A stretch of 64,000 bases of DNA from Eledone cirrhosa (taxonomy: Eukaryota), in assembly GCA_964016885.1 (NCBI GenBank), contig OZ024743.1, positions 234,732,001-234,796,000 on the forward strand, in the 5' to 3' direction. The position numbers were made by a program, and so were the translations under genes. The notes below the pieces were generated by a model. It was not told the DNA's origin. It searched no databases and saw nothing but the letters and a program-made list of their open reading frames with translations. Within the stretch, counting starts at the first letter, position 1, and the number at the start of each line of letters is the position of its first letter. Of the stretch, positions 51,738 through 64,000 are shown in pieces.

Positions 51738-52811
51738 GTTCATAAAGTTGTCCTGTCTGCTGTGTGTCCTAAACTGTTGTCAGTATTTAGTACAGATATT
51801 CTATCTCACAAATTTCTCCAAGTAAATTTTCCAGAAGAAGTTAGCACAGAAGCTTTAAATGCCTTTGCTGAATATATGTACAATGGGCTATTAGATATTG
51901 ATCCTGATATTTTACATCAGTTAAAAATCATTGCAAAACGTTTGGACATGAAAGAATTTGAACAACTGTGCGATAGCCGTCTTCCAAGCACAATACCTCA
52001 ACAACCGGCTTCAACGGTTACTGTATTTGGTGACCTCAGCCACATGCAAAGCAATTTATCAATCCCATCCAGCATCACAGTTCCAACAGTTCAACCATCT
52101 CTGCCTTCATCTTCCATCATATCAGTTACATCTCAATCTGCTCCATCTGTCACAACACAAGTCATTGATGTTAAACAAGAGATTTCTGAGGCTGAATTAG
52201 CACAAGTTAAGAAAGATACAGCTGCTGTCTTTGGACAGGAATCTGAGGTTGCTTCACTAGATGCTAGTAAGAGTGGAAATTCCTCTGGTGGTTTTGTCAT
52301 TGTTCCCAGTGTGAAAACTGAGCCTGTGGGGCCTGAAGATGACAGATATGGTCAACTTAATAATCAGTCTTACACATCCACTCCAGTTTCAATCAGTTCT
52401 CGCATAGCAAATACCAGTTTGAATTCTACGGTTGTGTCTTCTACAGAATTTGTTTTACCATTTTCAGACAGCATAGATAGCAATGCAACAACAAATGTGA
52501 TACATGGAACATCATCTAAATTAAAATCTAATGTATTTGAAAGCTCTCTAGTTTCTGACTTATCTCCTGTATCATGTATTGTAGAAAAAATGTGTTCTCA
52601 ATCCAGTCCCATAAGAGAAGACCCTTCTAAACCACTAAATCGAACTCTAACTACAACTCAGTCAATTGATAATATTGTAACATCTGGTAGCCATGAAGGT
52701 GTTTATCCGGTAGGACTTTTTACAGCAGGAGGAGACAGTTTACCATTATCATCATCACAAGTTACCAATGTTAAAAATATAGGTTTATATAAAACAGATG
52801 ATCTTACCTGA
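51738..52811 (+). CDS. Constant exon C3: rest of BTB/POZ domain and Ser/Thr-rich tail, stop codon
   Basis: atttcag|GTT gives VHKVVLSAVCPKL..VSTEALNAFAEYMYNGLLDI..AKRLDMKEFEQLC (BTB signature H-K-x-V-L, Y-M-Y-x-G); TGA at 52809-52811. Confidence 0.92.
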   Translation, partial: VHKVVLSAVCPKLLSVFSTDILSHKFLQVNFPEEVSTEALNAFAEYMYNGLLDIDPDILHQLKIIAKRLDMKEFEQLCDSRLPSTIPQQPASTVTVFGDLSHMQSNLSIPSSITVPTVQPSLPSSSIISVTSQSAPSVTTQVIDVKQEISEAELAQVKKDTAAVFGQESEVASLDASKSGNSSGGFVIVPSVKTEPVGPEDDRYGQLNNQSYTSTPVSISSRIANTSLNSTVVSSTEFVLPFSDSIDSNATTNVIHGTSSKLKSNVFESSLVSDLSPVSCIVEKMCSQSSPIREDPSKPLNRTLTTTQSIDNIVTSGSHEGVYPVGLFTAGGDSLPLSSSQVTNVKNIGLYKTDDLT

Positions 52812-53256
52812 TATCGTCAAAATGGATACATTTTCTCCATGGTGTGTGTGTATATATATATATATTTGATGGATCGAGTTGTATTTTTGTATTAAACATT
52901 TTCACAAATAACTGACTTGTTACAATTTTTAAAAAATTATAGTGTTTAAGTCCTTTGATTATAAGGAAATGGTAATAATGTCTATATCCTTTGGCAAAAT
53001 ACATGCTATTTCTAAATCAAAATTCTCAATTTCACTGTATCAGTGGATTTGTTTTAGTGCAGCTTATCTATTTCTTTGTATACAGCACAAATTTCCTATC
53101 TCTATTTCAGACCATATACAAGTGTTTGCCTTCTGAAATGACATTATCATAATTACATATGGGTATTTTAAATATCTATTGCACTATATATTTTCAGATT
53201 TAGCAGTCTATGCACCTGGTATTCAATTAGGTTATTTGTTGAATAAAAAAGTAATT

Positions 53257-53442
53257 TTAACCCTTTTAGCATTTCCATTGCTCCATATATATACTATTGT
53301 ATTTTCATGGTAGAGGATTTATCTCGTAATATTGAATCTATGAGATTTTGTTGTTTATTTGAGAACAATATACCTATGAGTAGCCAGTTTAAAGAGCAAA
53401 AAGGTGAGAGAATTCTGGCCGGTTTAAATAGTAATGGGCTAA
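53257..53442. mobile_element. Short TTAA-ended MITE-like repeat
   Basis: TTAACCCTTTTAGCATTT..AAATAGTAATGGGCTAA imperfect inverted ends; second partial copy at about 55745-55915. Confidence 0.5.
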
Positions 53443-54325
53443 AATTTGTTTATATAAATAGCAAAATGTGCTATATAGGTTATTAAATTTAAATGTTTAC
53501 ATATTAAGTAGATTGTTTTTATAGCAAATGGAAAAGTTGCTTAAATTTTTTTGTCTTGTGCATTTACTATTTATATGTTAAGATTTGGTGGGGGCAGAGA
53601 AACGGTTAAGATTAATATATGTAAAAACAGTTTCTAAACATGGTTATTAATGCAGGAAGTCCAATATTTGATAGTATTCCAAGAAAAGGTTTCATGAAAC
53701 CTGTTATTGAACTGAAAAGTAATTTACATTCTTGTTCAATTCTATATTTAAAGAAATTGATTGCTCCTGTTAATTTCTGTACTGCATTAACAAGGCATTT
53801 CTTGAAAAGTAGAGAATAGCATAAATTAAACTCTTCAGTTTTCTATAAATTTATACAATCCTTTTTCCACTGGTGAAGTTACTATAAACATTTGGATTAA
53901 CAATCCATTTTCTGCTAAATCATTAAAGGATATTCAAAGTGAAGCAGGTGAGAATGCCAGTTTGGTTCAAATCAAGATTTAGATTTAGTTTCCTAGCTCA
54001 AAGATGAGTCTTGTGTATCTTGCTAACTTATCTATACCTTGTATTGATCTTTTTTCACGTTATTGATAAGTAGTAAATTGTGCATAGATGAAATCAATCA
54101 TTTTCAAACATTGCTGGTAATTTGGTAGTTGGTGTGGCATAAAATAAAATTTGAAATTCATACAGTACAAAAAGCTAAGTGTAGGTGCTTATCTATTTAC
54201 AATATGGTCATTACACTTTCAAACCTTGTTTGTGTATTCAACTGCAGATAATGAGCAACAGTTAAATAGAGCTGACTAAATGTTGGTATAATTCTAATTA
54301 CTATTGCATATGGTTATATGATGCC

Positions 54326-55365
54326 ATCTCAGCCTGCTCTTGTTCATTATAGTCCTCCAAGCCATAACAGAAGAGTTTAAGACTGGCTGTCCATGGGAAC
54401 TTCTCTATGCTGACGATCTGGCTCTTATGGCAGAATCAGTAGAGGATAAATTCCGGCTATGGAAACAGCAGTTGGAAGCAAGAGGACTGAGAGTAAATCT
54501 AGCTAAGACAAAAGTGTTGATGAGTAGAAAAGAGGACAAAACCCTGATTCCGTCAGGGAAATGGCCATGTTCGATATGCAGAAAAGGAACTGGCATAAAT
54601 TCTATAAAATGCACACAATGTAGGTCCTGGGTACACAAGAGATGTAGCGGGATAGCAGGCAAACTAACAGGTAGGGAGAAATATGTATGCAGTAGATGTA
54701 CAGGGAAATTAGACAGTAGAAGTCGCACTGATAGACACATTTTTCAAATGCGAGAGGGCGCTATAGAAGTGGTGGATAGCTTCCGGTACCTAGGAGATCA
54801 GATTAGCATGGGAGGAGGGTGTTCCGAGGCCATAGTATCTAGAATAAGGACGGGTTGGAAGAAGTTTAGGGAGCTGCTTCCTCTGTTGACGAAGAAGGGT
54901 TTCTCCCTGCGTACGAAAGGCCGGTTGTATGATGCCTGTGTGAGGAGCGCGATGCTGCATGGTAGTGAGACATGGGCAGCTACCGCAGAAGATATGCGAC
55001 GGCTGGAGAGAAATGAGGCAAGCATGCTCCGTTGGATGTGCGTGAACGACCCAGCATAAATGTGTTGAGAGAGAAACTGTGTCTGAGAGGGATAGAATGT
55101 AGTGTACGGGAGAGGAGACAGGTGGTATGGACATGTGATGCGCATGGAGGATGACCGATGGGTGAAGAAATGCCAGTTGAAGGAAGACGTGGTAGAGGTA
55201 GACCACGAAAAACATGGGCGGAGGTGGTGAGAACAGACCTCAGATCATTGAAGCTCACGGTGGAGATGACGAGGGACCGTGACGAGTGGAGAGATGCTGT
55301 GCTGAATAAGACCCGTCCCACCCTTGCAAGCAGGGAAGAGCGGACGTAAAATGATGATGATGATA
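54326..55365 (+). mobile_element. 5'-truncated RTE-type LINE, best-preserved copy
   Basis: RT motif LLYADDLAL, Cys-rich insert CSICRKG..WVHKRCSG, GRRGRGRPRKTW C-terminus, ends in (TGA)n. Confidence 0.9.
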
Positions 55366-56804
55366 GAGAGAGAGACAAGGCCTGAAATATGGGAAGTATG
55401 GCATATAGGCCATTGCATCAATTACAGTACTTGATTGGTATTTTATTTTATCAGTTCCAGAAAAATGAGTGCAAATTGTAGATTTGATTTGGTCAGTTTG
55501 TTCATTGTCTCTTGAGTTGAGATGTATGGTTGCCATTGTCGGTATTGAAAGAAGAATAACAAAAGCTGTTGCTTTTAATAAATGTTATTATTGTGATAAC
55601 AGGGACAGTAGATTTGTATATTGTCTGTGGATGCTCATAGCAATAGTCTTAAAAGTTGTAACTAACCTTTGGAATTGGATGGGGGAATGAGTCTGATCTT
55701 TAATGAACTCAGCTGAAATGGCTTGGGCAAACTGGGGATTTTGCATTCACATTGCTCTATATATACTATTATATTTTCATGCTGAAGGCTTTATCTCACA
55801 AGATATCAAATCTGAGATTTTGAAAGTATTTATTTTGAGAACAATACCTTAACATCAGTTTGAGCAACCAGTTTCAACAGAAAGAGGTAGAAAATTCTGG
55901 CCGGTAATGGGCTAGAAAACTCATCTAGACAATTTGGTGACACAAGTCCCAAAACAAAAGTAATTCACTAACTGGGCAACAATAGTTCTAATCTCAGCTT
56001 AGATTTGCTACAAGTTATCCACCCCACCCCCTTTATATACTGAGGTTAACTAAATATATCTATGCATTTTGTCTACTCCCATAAGTTATCCCAATCCACT
56101 AACCTAAATATAAACATATGCAACATATCTATCTAGATTAGTGTACTTTTAAATCATGTACAGGTTGTAAAATAGTTAATATGGAAAATGACCTCAAGAG
56201 AGGTTTCTGTAGCTTATTTAATATATGTTTTAACTATTGTTGAAGACTTAGTCTTTATTTAGTAATTTGAATATTTCCCCTACTTATTTTATGGAATTAT
56301 GTAAATTAAAGTAAAATAGCCTCAACCAGAAATCAAGACAGGGTCCTGGATTTTGATTTAAGTGACCAAGAATAACATCATCCGTATATTTTAAGGGCCA
56401 TAGTTCTTCAACATTAAGTCTCACCATATCTCTTTGCAATAAGCTCTCAGAAAGAAAAATATAGAACAGTTTCAATCCACGTAGTTATATCATACAGCTG
56501 GATATTGAAAAGATGGGGAATCCATTTGCTGTATCTAGCAATATCCTATTGAAAAGTTATTAGTCACAGACACATCTGTATTTCTTCAATCATCCACTCA
56601 CTATCTAGACGTGTTCAATATTGATGATCTCAACACCCTTCCGAAACCTCGAAACATTATATAGGTGGATTAATAAAAAGAACAGAATTCATAGGTATGC
56701 ATATCCCTGAATTTAGCACCATGCATAGTGCCAAAAGTTCCAGTAACTTAGGGTTCAAAAGATCACATCTTTTTAGTATCCATATGGGGTCAACAAATAC
56801 AAGC

Positions 56805-57004
56805 ATTCTACTGTGTAATGTCCATGCTAACATTTTTTATAAAAAATGTGTTTCTTCTATCCCCAGAGAATCTTATTGTGAAACTAGAAACTATTCTACT
56901 GTGTAATGTCCATGCTAACATTTTTTATAAAAAATGAGTTTCTTCTATCCCCAGAGAATGAGTTTCTTCTATCCCCAGAGAATCTTATTGTGAAACTAGA
57001 AACT
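56805..57004. repeat. Tandem duplication of ~88 bp with a nested short duplication
   Basis: ATTCTACTGTGTAATGTCCATGCTAAC..GAAACTAGAAACT occurs twice; TTTCTTCTATCCCCAGAGAAT three times. Confidence 0.85.
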
Positions 57005-57339
57005 AAAGTGCAGGCTGTGTATTGTTGGGGCATATTCTGGCAATATGCAAAGCATCTGCAAAATATTCTTCTGAGTATACTTGCTACAATACTAAAATAA
57101 CAATATAAAAAGAATCCAGGTGACGGTACACAGAATGTCATATAGACACAACAGCTCGTTAGATCTTAGGGAAGACATATGCCAAAAGTTATTTAGGCCA
57201 GTTGTAGGTAATGTAATATACAATAGGAAAAATTATTGAAAACAAATTCCAAATGCACCAGAGAAAACTAACTTTTCCAATTAAAGGTGATTCTGTGTAG
57301 GAGATTGTTGTAATAGCATAGTAACAAGAATAAGGCCAT

Positions 57340-59260
57340 GGTGGAAAAACTTCAGAGCTTCTCTACCTTTGTCGGAAACAAAGAGATGGTCTCTTCAGGT
57401 GAGGGGTATGTTGTATGATGCCTGCATGAGCAGATAATATACAAAAGCTGGAGAGTAGAGAAGCATGCTCCACTGGATATACAATGTTGGTGTGCACAGA
57501 TGATGAAGTACAGATGGACTGAGAAAATCTGGGCATAAGAAGAATCCTGTAGCATGCAGGAGATAATGATGTGCTAGTGTAGACATATAACATATGGATG
57601 ATGATCATTGGGCAAAGAAGCTATAACAGAGGTGAAAATTGATCAAAGGAGATGACATGAAAATGGATGTAAAGTGACATCTAGCATAGGAAAATGGATG
57701 TAAGGTGTTTGTGCATGAATATATATATATATATATTATTCATAGTATGCAAGTATAATATACATGATTGAATCGTAGGAGTGCCATATTGACATTAGGC
57801 GTTTCTTGGGAATTTTTAGACCTGGCAGAGCCTATCTCTTCTCCAAATTTAAATTCCAGGGAAGGAAAGAATTATAGAGGAAGAATCGATCCTAGTTCTT
57901 TCCTCTTTTTAGGACCTGTTATTTTTCTCTAAAAAGATTTTTTTTTTTCCCCAACTCTGCCCATCTCATCTCAATCTTTCTATTTCTTCTTTAATTTCTT
58001 ATTATTTCTTCTGATGAAGGACTAGCGTCCAATATGTTAAGATTGCTATTTCAAGCATTAAACTAATATATTCCTTCCATGTACTGGGACATTTGTTTTG
58101 TTATTTCCGTTTACCTTTTATATACATATATATGTATATATTTATCATTTTGCATACATTTTTCATGCCAGCATAGTTTTAATAGGTTATTATGGTGTAA
58201 GCCAGTTCTAAGTCAGTCACCATCCTTCTAGATAGGCACATGATATGCTGTTCAGCATTGTGCCAGAGAGAGGCACTTCTGATGTCATCTTCAATGTGAG
58301 ACAATTGCAGGAGAATCACTTCATAATCTGGTGGTTACACACTCCTCAGTCATCATTCCACCAGAAACTAGATGTAGATGAATGGTTTGTGGGGGATGCA
58401 CAGACAATGTACAAAGATGCAGTCAGCAAAGTTAGAATTAGCAATAAATACAGTGATGAATTTATGTGCAAGTTGGGGTCTACTATTACTCAGTTCTCAA
58501 TCTCCTGTTTATTATCATCCTCCAAGCAATGATGGAGAAGTTTAAGAGTGGCTACCCATAGGAACTCCTATATACTGATGACCTAGTTTTCATAGCTAGA
58601 TCTGTGGCAAAATTTGAGTCAAAATTCCAGACATAGAAGCAAAACCTGGAATTAAAGGGTCTCAGAGTGAATGAAGAAAAAGGGAAAAAAAGACATTTGA
58701 TTCCACCAGGAAAATTGGTTGTGCACAATATGCTGAAAAGGAGTTTGTAGGAATTCCATACTGTGTATAAAGTGTAAACTATGGGTATACAGCAGGATTT
58801 CAGGTAGGCTAATGAGGAATGTAGACTTTGTAAGTGACAAATACAGTAAGCAGTAATCCATATGAAACAGGTGTAAACCAAACGCTCAGATTGCGTTTTA
58901 GAAGTCGTTGACCACTTCTACTAGGGTGACAATTAGCAGTGAAAGTGGATGTTCCAAAAGTACAGTAGCTAGAGTAAGAACTGGTTTAACAAAGTTCAGA
59001 GAGCTGGCTACAAATGGGTTATCACCGAGAGTGAAAGGCAGATTGTATGTGCCTGTGTTTGAAATCTGATGCTACATATAAGTGGGACTTGAACCTTGAG
59101 CAAAAAAGATTTGAAAAGATTGGAAAGAAATGCAAGCATGCTCCAGTGGGTGTGTGATATTAATGTACATGAACAACAAAGTATTAATATAGAGAGAGAA
59201 AACTAAGCATATGAAGGCTCTGATGTAGTGAACAAGAGAAGAAAGACATGTGATACCTAA
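57340..59260 (+). mobile_element. Heavily decayed RTE-type LINE fragments (about 57340-57620 and 58240-59260)
   Basis: Remnants such as GAACTCCTATATACTGATGACC homologous to the 54.4-kb copy; many stops. Confidence 0.7.
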
Positions 59261-60374
59261 AAGGGATATCAATGCCTGAGTGAGGTCAATGTAAGAATGA
59301 TAGAAGTCAAAACTTTATTCAATGTATTTTTCTTCTAACTAACAAACTGAAAATACTATTTCATATCAAACGTCTACACACGAAGAATCTCTATAAAAAT
59401 TAGTAAAACATAAATTATCAATAAAACTAAATGCATAAAAACAATGTTTTCTTTCTTCTTGCGTTTACCGCTCTTTCGAAGGTAAAACATTCATTTTACT
59501 TTTTCTAATGGCTAGAATGTATGTTGCTTGTCACACCTGCATAAGCATCCACGGCACCGATGTTGTTTAAAGGAATGGCCGATACAGCTTGACACCTATG
59601 ACGCTGCAACTCATTTCTACAGCCGAGTAAACTGGAGCAACGTGAAATAAAATGCCTTGCATCACCCGGTCCGAAAATCGAACTCCCAACCTTCCGATTG
59701 CAAGCCCAATGCTCTAACCATTAGGTCATGCATCTTCCCAATGTAATAATAGATTATAAATTATAATTCTGTTTAATAAACAGAAGAGAAAAAAATCCGC
59801 TTCCAATTTATCGTTATTTGTTTCTGGGGTTTGTGTTAGTCGATAGACATTGTTGACAGAAAGGTTTGAACAAAGGGAAATAATTCAACACTCATAAATA
59901 ACCCAACCTAAAAGAACTTTCGTTACCAGCATAGAGTATAATGATACATCGAATTTGTTTCCTAACTTTCTTAATAATATACATTTTTAATGAAATTTTA
60001 CAGAGATACATTTTCGAATCATACTGATGAAATTTAAGAGAGTTATTTTATTTATTTATTTTTTTTTTTGCAATTCATATTTGTAGATAAAAAAGAAAAA
60101 AATGAGGAAAAAAACTATTTCCAACAGAAGTTGAAAGGAGTGTTCTTTTAGAATGATACCTAAAATTGAATAATTTTATTGATAGATATCACTAACACTT
60201 TGTAACATAACTGTTAGTAAACACTTTGGTTAATTTTTAAGCCCAGGCACTGATTTATTGTTGGCTTGTTTATTATAGATACAGTATATATTTTTAGTAA
60301 GACTGAAAGTTACCTTGGAGGAGTTATTCTAGTTTTTCTCATAATAGATGATGACTGAGGAGTGTGTTTCTTAG

Positions 60375-60630
60375 TACAGAGCATGGCAGGGGGAAATCTC
60401 TACCCAATCTTCCCCAACAAAGAATATTTTCCTACAACTGTACCACCTGAAGGAAGCTCATCAAAAGTCTTGGAAAGACATTACAACATGGATGGCATCA
60501 CTTTTTTCTAATTACCCAGGATCAAAGTGTAGCTATCTCATTGAAACAACTTTTAAGGCAGCATCTTCAATCAAGACAGCTGCAGTCTTTAGACTGTTCC
60601 TTGAAGAAGAAACCAATCTTGATTTCATAG
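60375..60630 (+). CDS. Candidate orphan coding exon, product unknown
   Basis: gtttcttag| then 85 open codons YRAWQGEIST..NIFLQLYHLKEAHQKSWKDITTWMASLF..NLDFI then AG|gtaaga donor. Confidence 0.3.
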
Positions 60631-60820
60631 GTAAGATTTTACTATCTCTTTTTCATTGATTATATTGGGGGCTGTTCCTTGAAAAAGAAACCAATCTTGA
60701 TTTCATAGGTAAGATTTTACTATCTCTTTTTCATTGATTATATTGGGGGCTGTTCCTTGAAAAAGAAACCAATCTTGATTTCATAGGTAAGATTTTACTA
60801 TCTCTTTTTCATTGATTATA
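60594..60820. repeat. 78-bp tandem repeat, ~3 copies
   Basis: Units start at 60594, 60672 and 60750 and are nearly identical. Confidence 0.92.
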
Positions 60821-61504
60821 GGGGGGGGGGGCATATTTTCTTGTCTTTCATATATGTATTATTAGCTTTAGGTGGTGAATTGGCTGAATTGTTAGAATAT
60901 TGGATAGAATGCTTTGCGGTATTCATTTAGGCTCTCTGCTCTCTGAGTTCAAATCCTGACATGGTCAACTTTGTCTTTCATCCATTTTAGGTCGAAAAAA
61001 ACGGTCCAGTCTAGTACTGGGGTCAATTCTTCCTCTATATCTCTTTCTCACTTCCATTCTCTCACTCTCTCTATCCTTCTCTGGAAGAAATCCATTCTAT
61101 TCAAACCTGGTGAAGATTGTGCTCCACCAGGTTTAAAGAATGCCCTAAAAATGCTGTATGTCAATGTGGCATTCCTGTGACTCCTCCAGGAGTTATGGGA
61201 CCATGCTATGCCATTATTAGCTGAAAATTACTGTTGCCATGCTCCATACTTTATGTATGTGGTTGTGTGAGTGAATGTGTGTGCCATTTTATGATTTTAT
61301 TTTTTAGATTCACATCTAGTATAAAACTGAATACTCATAATTCAAAATATTATTTTTTTAGGAAACTTTCCCACACAAGGCCTACCAGGCCTTTACTTAG
61401 TTCCTCTCTTTTCATTTTCTTTTATGTTGATTTCACCAATTAATGTGTATATTGTCAATATGTACGTGACTTTATGTTTTGTCAGGTACATTTGTATGTT
61501 TTTA

Positions 61505-63055
61505 TTATCTGGTGGGCTCTTAGAAAACTAGGAGTAGATGAATGGCTTGTGATAGCTATACAAGCCATGTATAAAGAAACAGTCAGCAAGGTTAGTATTA
61601 ACGATGAATGTAGTGAAGAATTTAGTGTAAAAGTAGGTACCCCTCCTGTTTATTATTGCCCTTCGGGCTAAAACAGAGGTGTTTAAGACCGGCTGCCCAT
61701 GGGAACTTCTCTATGTAGATGATCTAATGCTCATAGCTGAATCGATGGCTGAACTAGAGAAGAGAGAAGAAATTCCAAACATGGAAGCATGGCCTAGAAT
61801 CAAAAGGCCTTAAAGTTAACTTGTCTAAGACTAAAGTTCTAGTATGTAGAAAGGAAAATAGAGCATAGGTGCCTTCTGGGAAATGGCCATGCTCAGTGTG
61901 TAGGAAAGGAGTAGGTAGAAATTCCATTCTATGCCCCAAATGCAAACTATTAGTACATAAAAGATGTAGTGGGATCACAGGCAAGCTATCTAAGAATGTA
62001 GATTTTATATGTGGCTGATGCTCAGGTGCAATAAGTAGCAAATGCCCACAGGATACTAGCTCCTTCTACTGCCCAGATGGTTCTATAGAAATAGTGGACA
62101 CTTTCCATTACCTGGGTGACAAAATCAGCAGTGGTGGAAGGTGTTCTGAAAGTACAGTAGCCAGAGTCAGAACGGGATGGAAAAAGTTCAGAGAGCTAAT
62201 ACCACTGTTGGCCACAAAATGTTTCTCTCTAAAAATGAAAAGCAGATTGTATGATGCAGTGAGTCATGAGAATTGTGTGCAGAGGACCTGCGCAAATTGG
62301 AAAGGAACGAAGCATGCATGCTCCGTTGGATGTATAATAGTAATATACACAAACAGCAAAACATAAATGAACTAAGTGATAAATTAGGAATAAGAGAGAT
62401 CAGATGCTGTTTACTTGAGAGAAGATTATGTTGGTATGGTCATGTGATGTGCATGAAAGACGACAGCTGTATAAAAAAGTGCAGGGCGATCAAAATTATT
62501 GGAAGTTACAGAATAGAGAGTAAGTAGACCCAGAAAAACCTGGGATGACATGATAAAATCCGACCTTGCACACTTACATCTCTCTAAGATAATGTCACTG
62601 GATCGAGATCTTTGACGCTATGCAGTAATACAGAAGACTCGCCTTCCCTACGTACAAAGTTAACCTACAGTCAGTAGGCACCTCATAATCAAATATACAG
62701 CCCAACCCACTACCCCTACTTCATCCTTCCAATCCCACCAACACCACCCTTTCTCTGTAAAGTTATGTTGGTATCACAACATCTAAACCAATCTAAAGAG
62801 GTTGTGTAGGTGTCACAACAAAAAAACACCCAGTCCACGCTATAAAGTGGTCGTGTAGGAGACACAGTAAAAAGGCTCCCAGTCCACACTGTAAATGTGG
62901 TTGGTGTTAGGAAGGGCATCCAGCCATAGCAAACCTGCCAGATACAGTCCTATATGAGTGATACATGGTCACCCAATCAATCTTGCCTCAAGTGGGACAA
63001 TTCCCGTCTAACCCATGCTAGCGTCGAAGATAGACGTTAAACGATGATGATAATG
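61505..63055 (+). mobile_element. Degenerate RTE-type LINE with 3' UTR
   Basis: WWALRKLGVDEWLV, GCPWELLYVDDL, ARVRTGWKKFREL, WYGHV; ends in (TGA)n; multiple frameshifts. Confidence 0.88.
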
Positions 63056-63379
63056 AAATAAATATCGAGCAAAGGAACAAAAATGGAGAGTTTCTTATGA
63101 GTTCAAATAATAGAACATATTCATGCAGTGTATATCATACTATTAGTAAAATTTAGCATGTTCTATGACTTTATTTCAAACAATCCTTCAATGACGCACA
63201 CATTCCACATGGTGGGCACATCACTCGTGGGATCTTGCTGGAGCTGCTGGACACATTCGGAGAGATGGGGCTTTTCTCATCTGTCAATCATTTGTATCCT
63301 AATAAGTATAACAAAAAATAAATCAAACACAAATCAAAAACAAAATATATCCAGAATCAAGATAAGCAGTTGGAATTAG

Positions 63380-64000
63380 ATGAGAGAAAGAAACTTGAAT
63401 ATAAGGTTAGGGAATTGAGAAGGAAGGTTAGTAAGCATAAACAAAAGATTGATGCAGTGTGAAAAAGTAATCAGGAGTTAAGGCAAAAGTTAAATGAAGT
63501 GGAAAACAGATCTTTATAGTTAGAGGCAGAGAAACACGACATAGAATTGGAAAGCTAGAATTAAGGGAGGAAACAACAGGGCATTGAACAACTAGGAGAA
63601 GTCTGTTGAAAAATGTGTAATCGAACTATTTGGGGAAAATGATATTCCAACTGCAAAGGTTTGTAATGTGACACTCTTGTTAGCAAATGGATTTTTAATA
63701 AGAACACTGTAGAAAATATACCCTCTGCCTTGACTGCAAATATAATGATGGACAGGGCATATGTTCTCAGCAAACTTCATGTCAGTGAAGGAATTTCAGA
63801 ATTGGCAGGATGGACATTACATAGGAATGGAACATCAAGGAATGACAAAAAGATAGTGGGGCAACAAGTAGCACTTGATAGTGGGGAAACTATGTTTGGA
63901 GGAATTTCTAGTGTGGCAGTTGAAAATAGCACCACACTCCTTGATAATGGGATAGCTATGCTAAGCAATTCAGTTGGTTGGGGAAGAGAACATGGTTGAT
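63380..64000 (+). mobile_element. Possible decayed LINE 5' region (coiled-coil ORF1 / endonuclease start)
   Basis: Purine-rich disrupted coiled-coil-like coding text followed by GWTLHRN..GGISSVAV; weak. Confidence 0.3.

Noticed and set aside
54405-55536. Several overlapping minus-strand ORFs
   Set aside because: Antisense shadows of the RTE LINE coding sequence
60594-60820. CRISPR-like array
   Set aside because: Contiguous 78-bp units without unique spacers, eukaryotic context, no cas genes

Overview
AT-rich animal genomic DNA, probably an octopod cephalopod (inferred only from recalled tRNA-derived SINE and RTE-type LINE families). The window is dominated by one unusual locus on the + strand. 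From 2.3 to 48.5 kb lie 19 short variable coding exons, each encoding a DNA-binding module, mostly of transposon type: 6 complete THAP, 3 N-terminal half-THAP, 3 Tigger/CENP-B HTH, 2 pipsqueak HTH, 2 Crypton/DUF3504 tyrosine-recombinase-like, 1 TTF-type Zn finger, 1 C2H2-like finger and 1 basic AT-hook/STPR-like peptide. Every one ends at a phase-0 GT donor. Downstream, a three-exon constant region (49861-52811, 538 aa) opens with a phase-0 acceptor, has no start codon in its first exon, and encodes a BTB/POZ domain. A 96-bp exon at 26190-26285 supplies the missing C-terminal part of the three half-THAP exons. The layout predicts a protocadherin/UGT1A-like variable-first-exon transcription-factor gene, the mirror image of Drosophila mod(mdg4)/lola. 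Splicing is inferred from sequence only, and domain calls come from motif recognition by eye. The rest of the window is SINEs, decayed RTE/CR1 LINEs, a mariner relic, MITEs and short tandem repeats; repeat boundaries are approximate.
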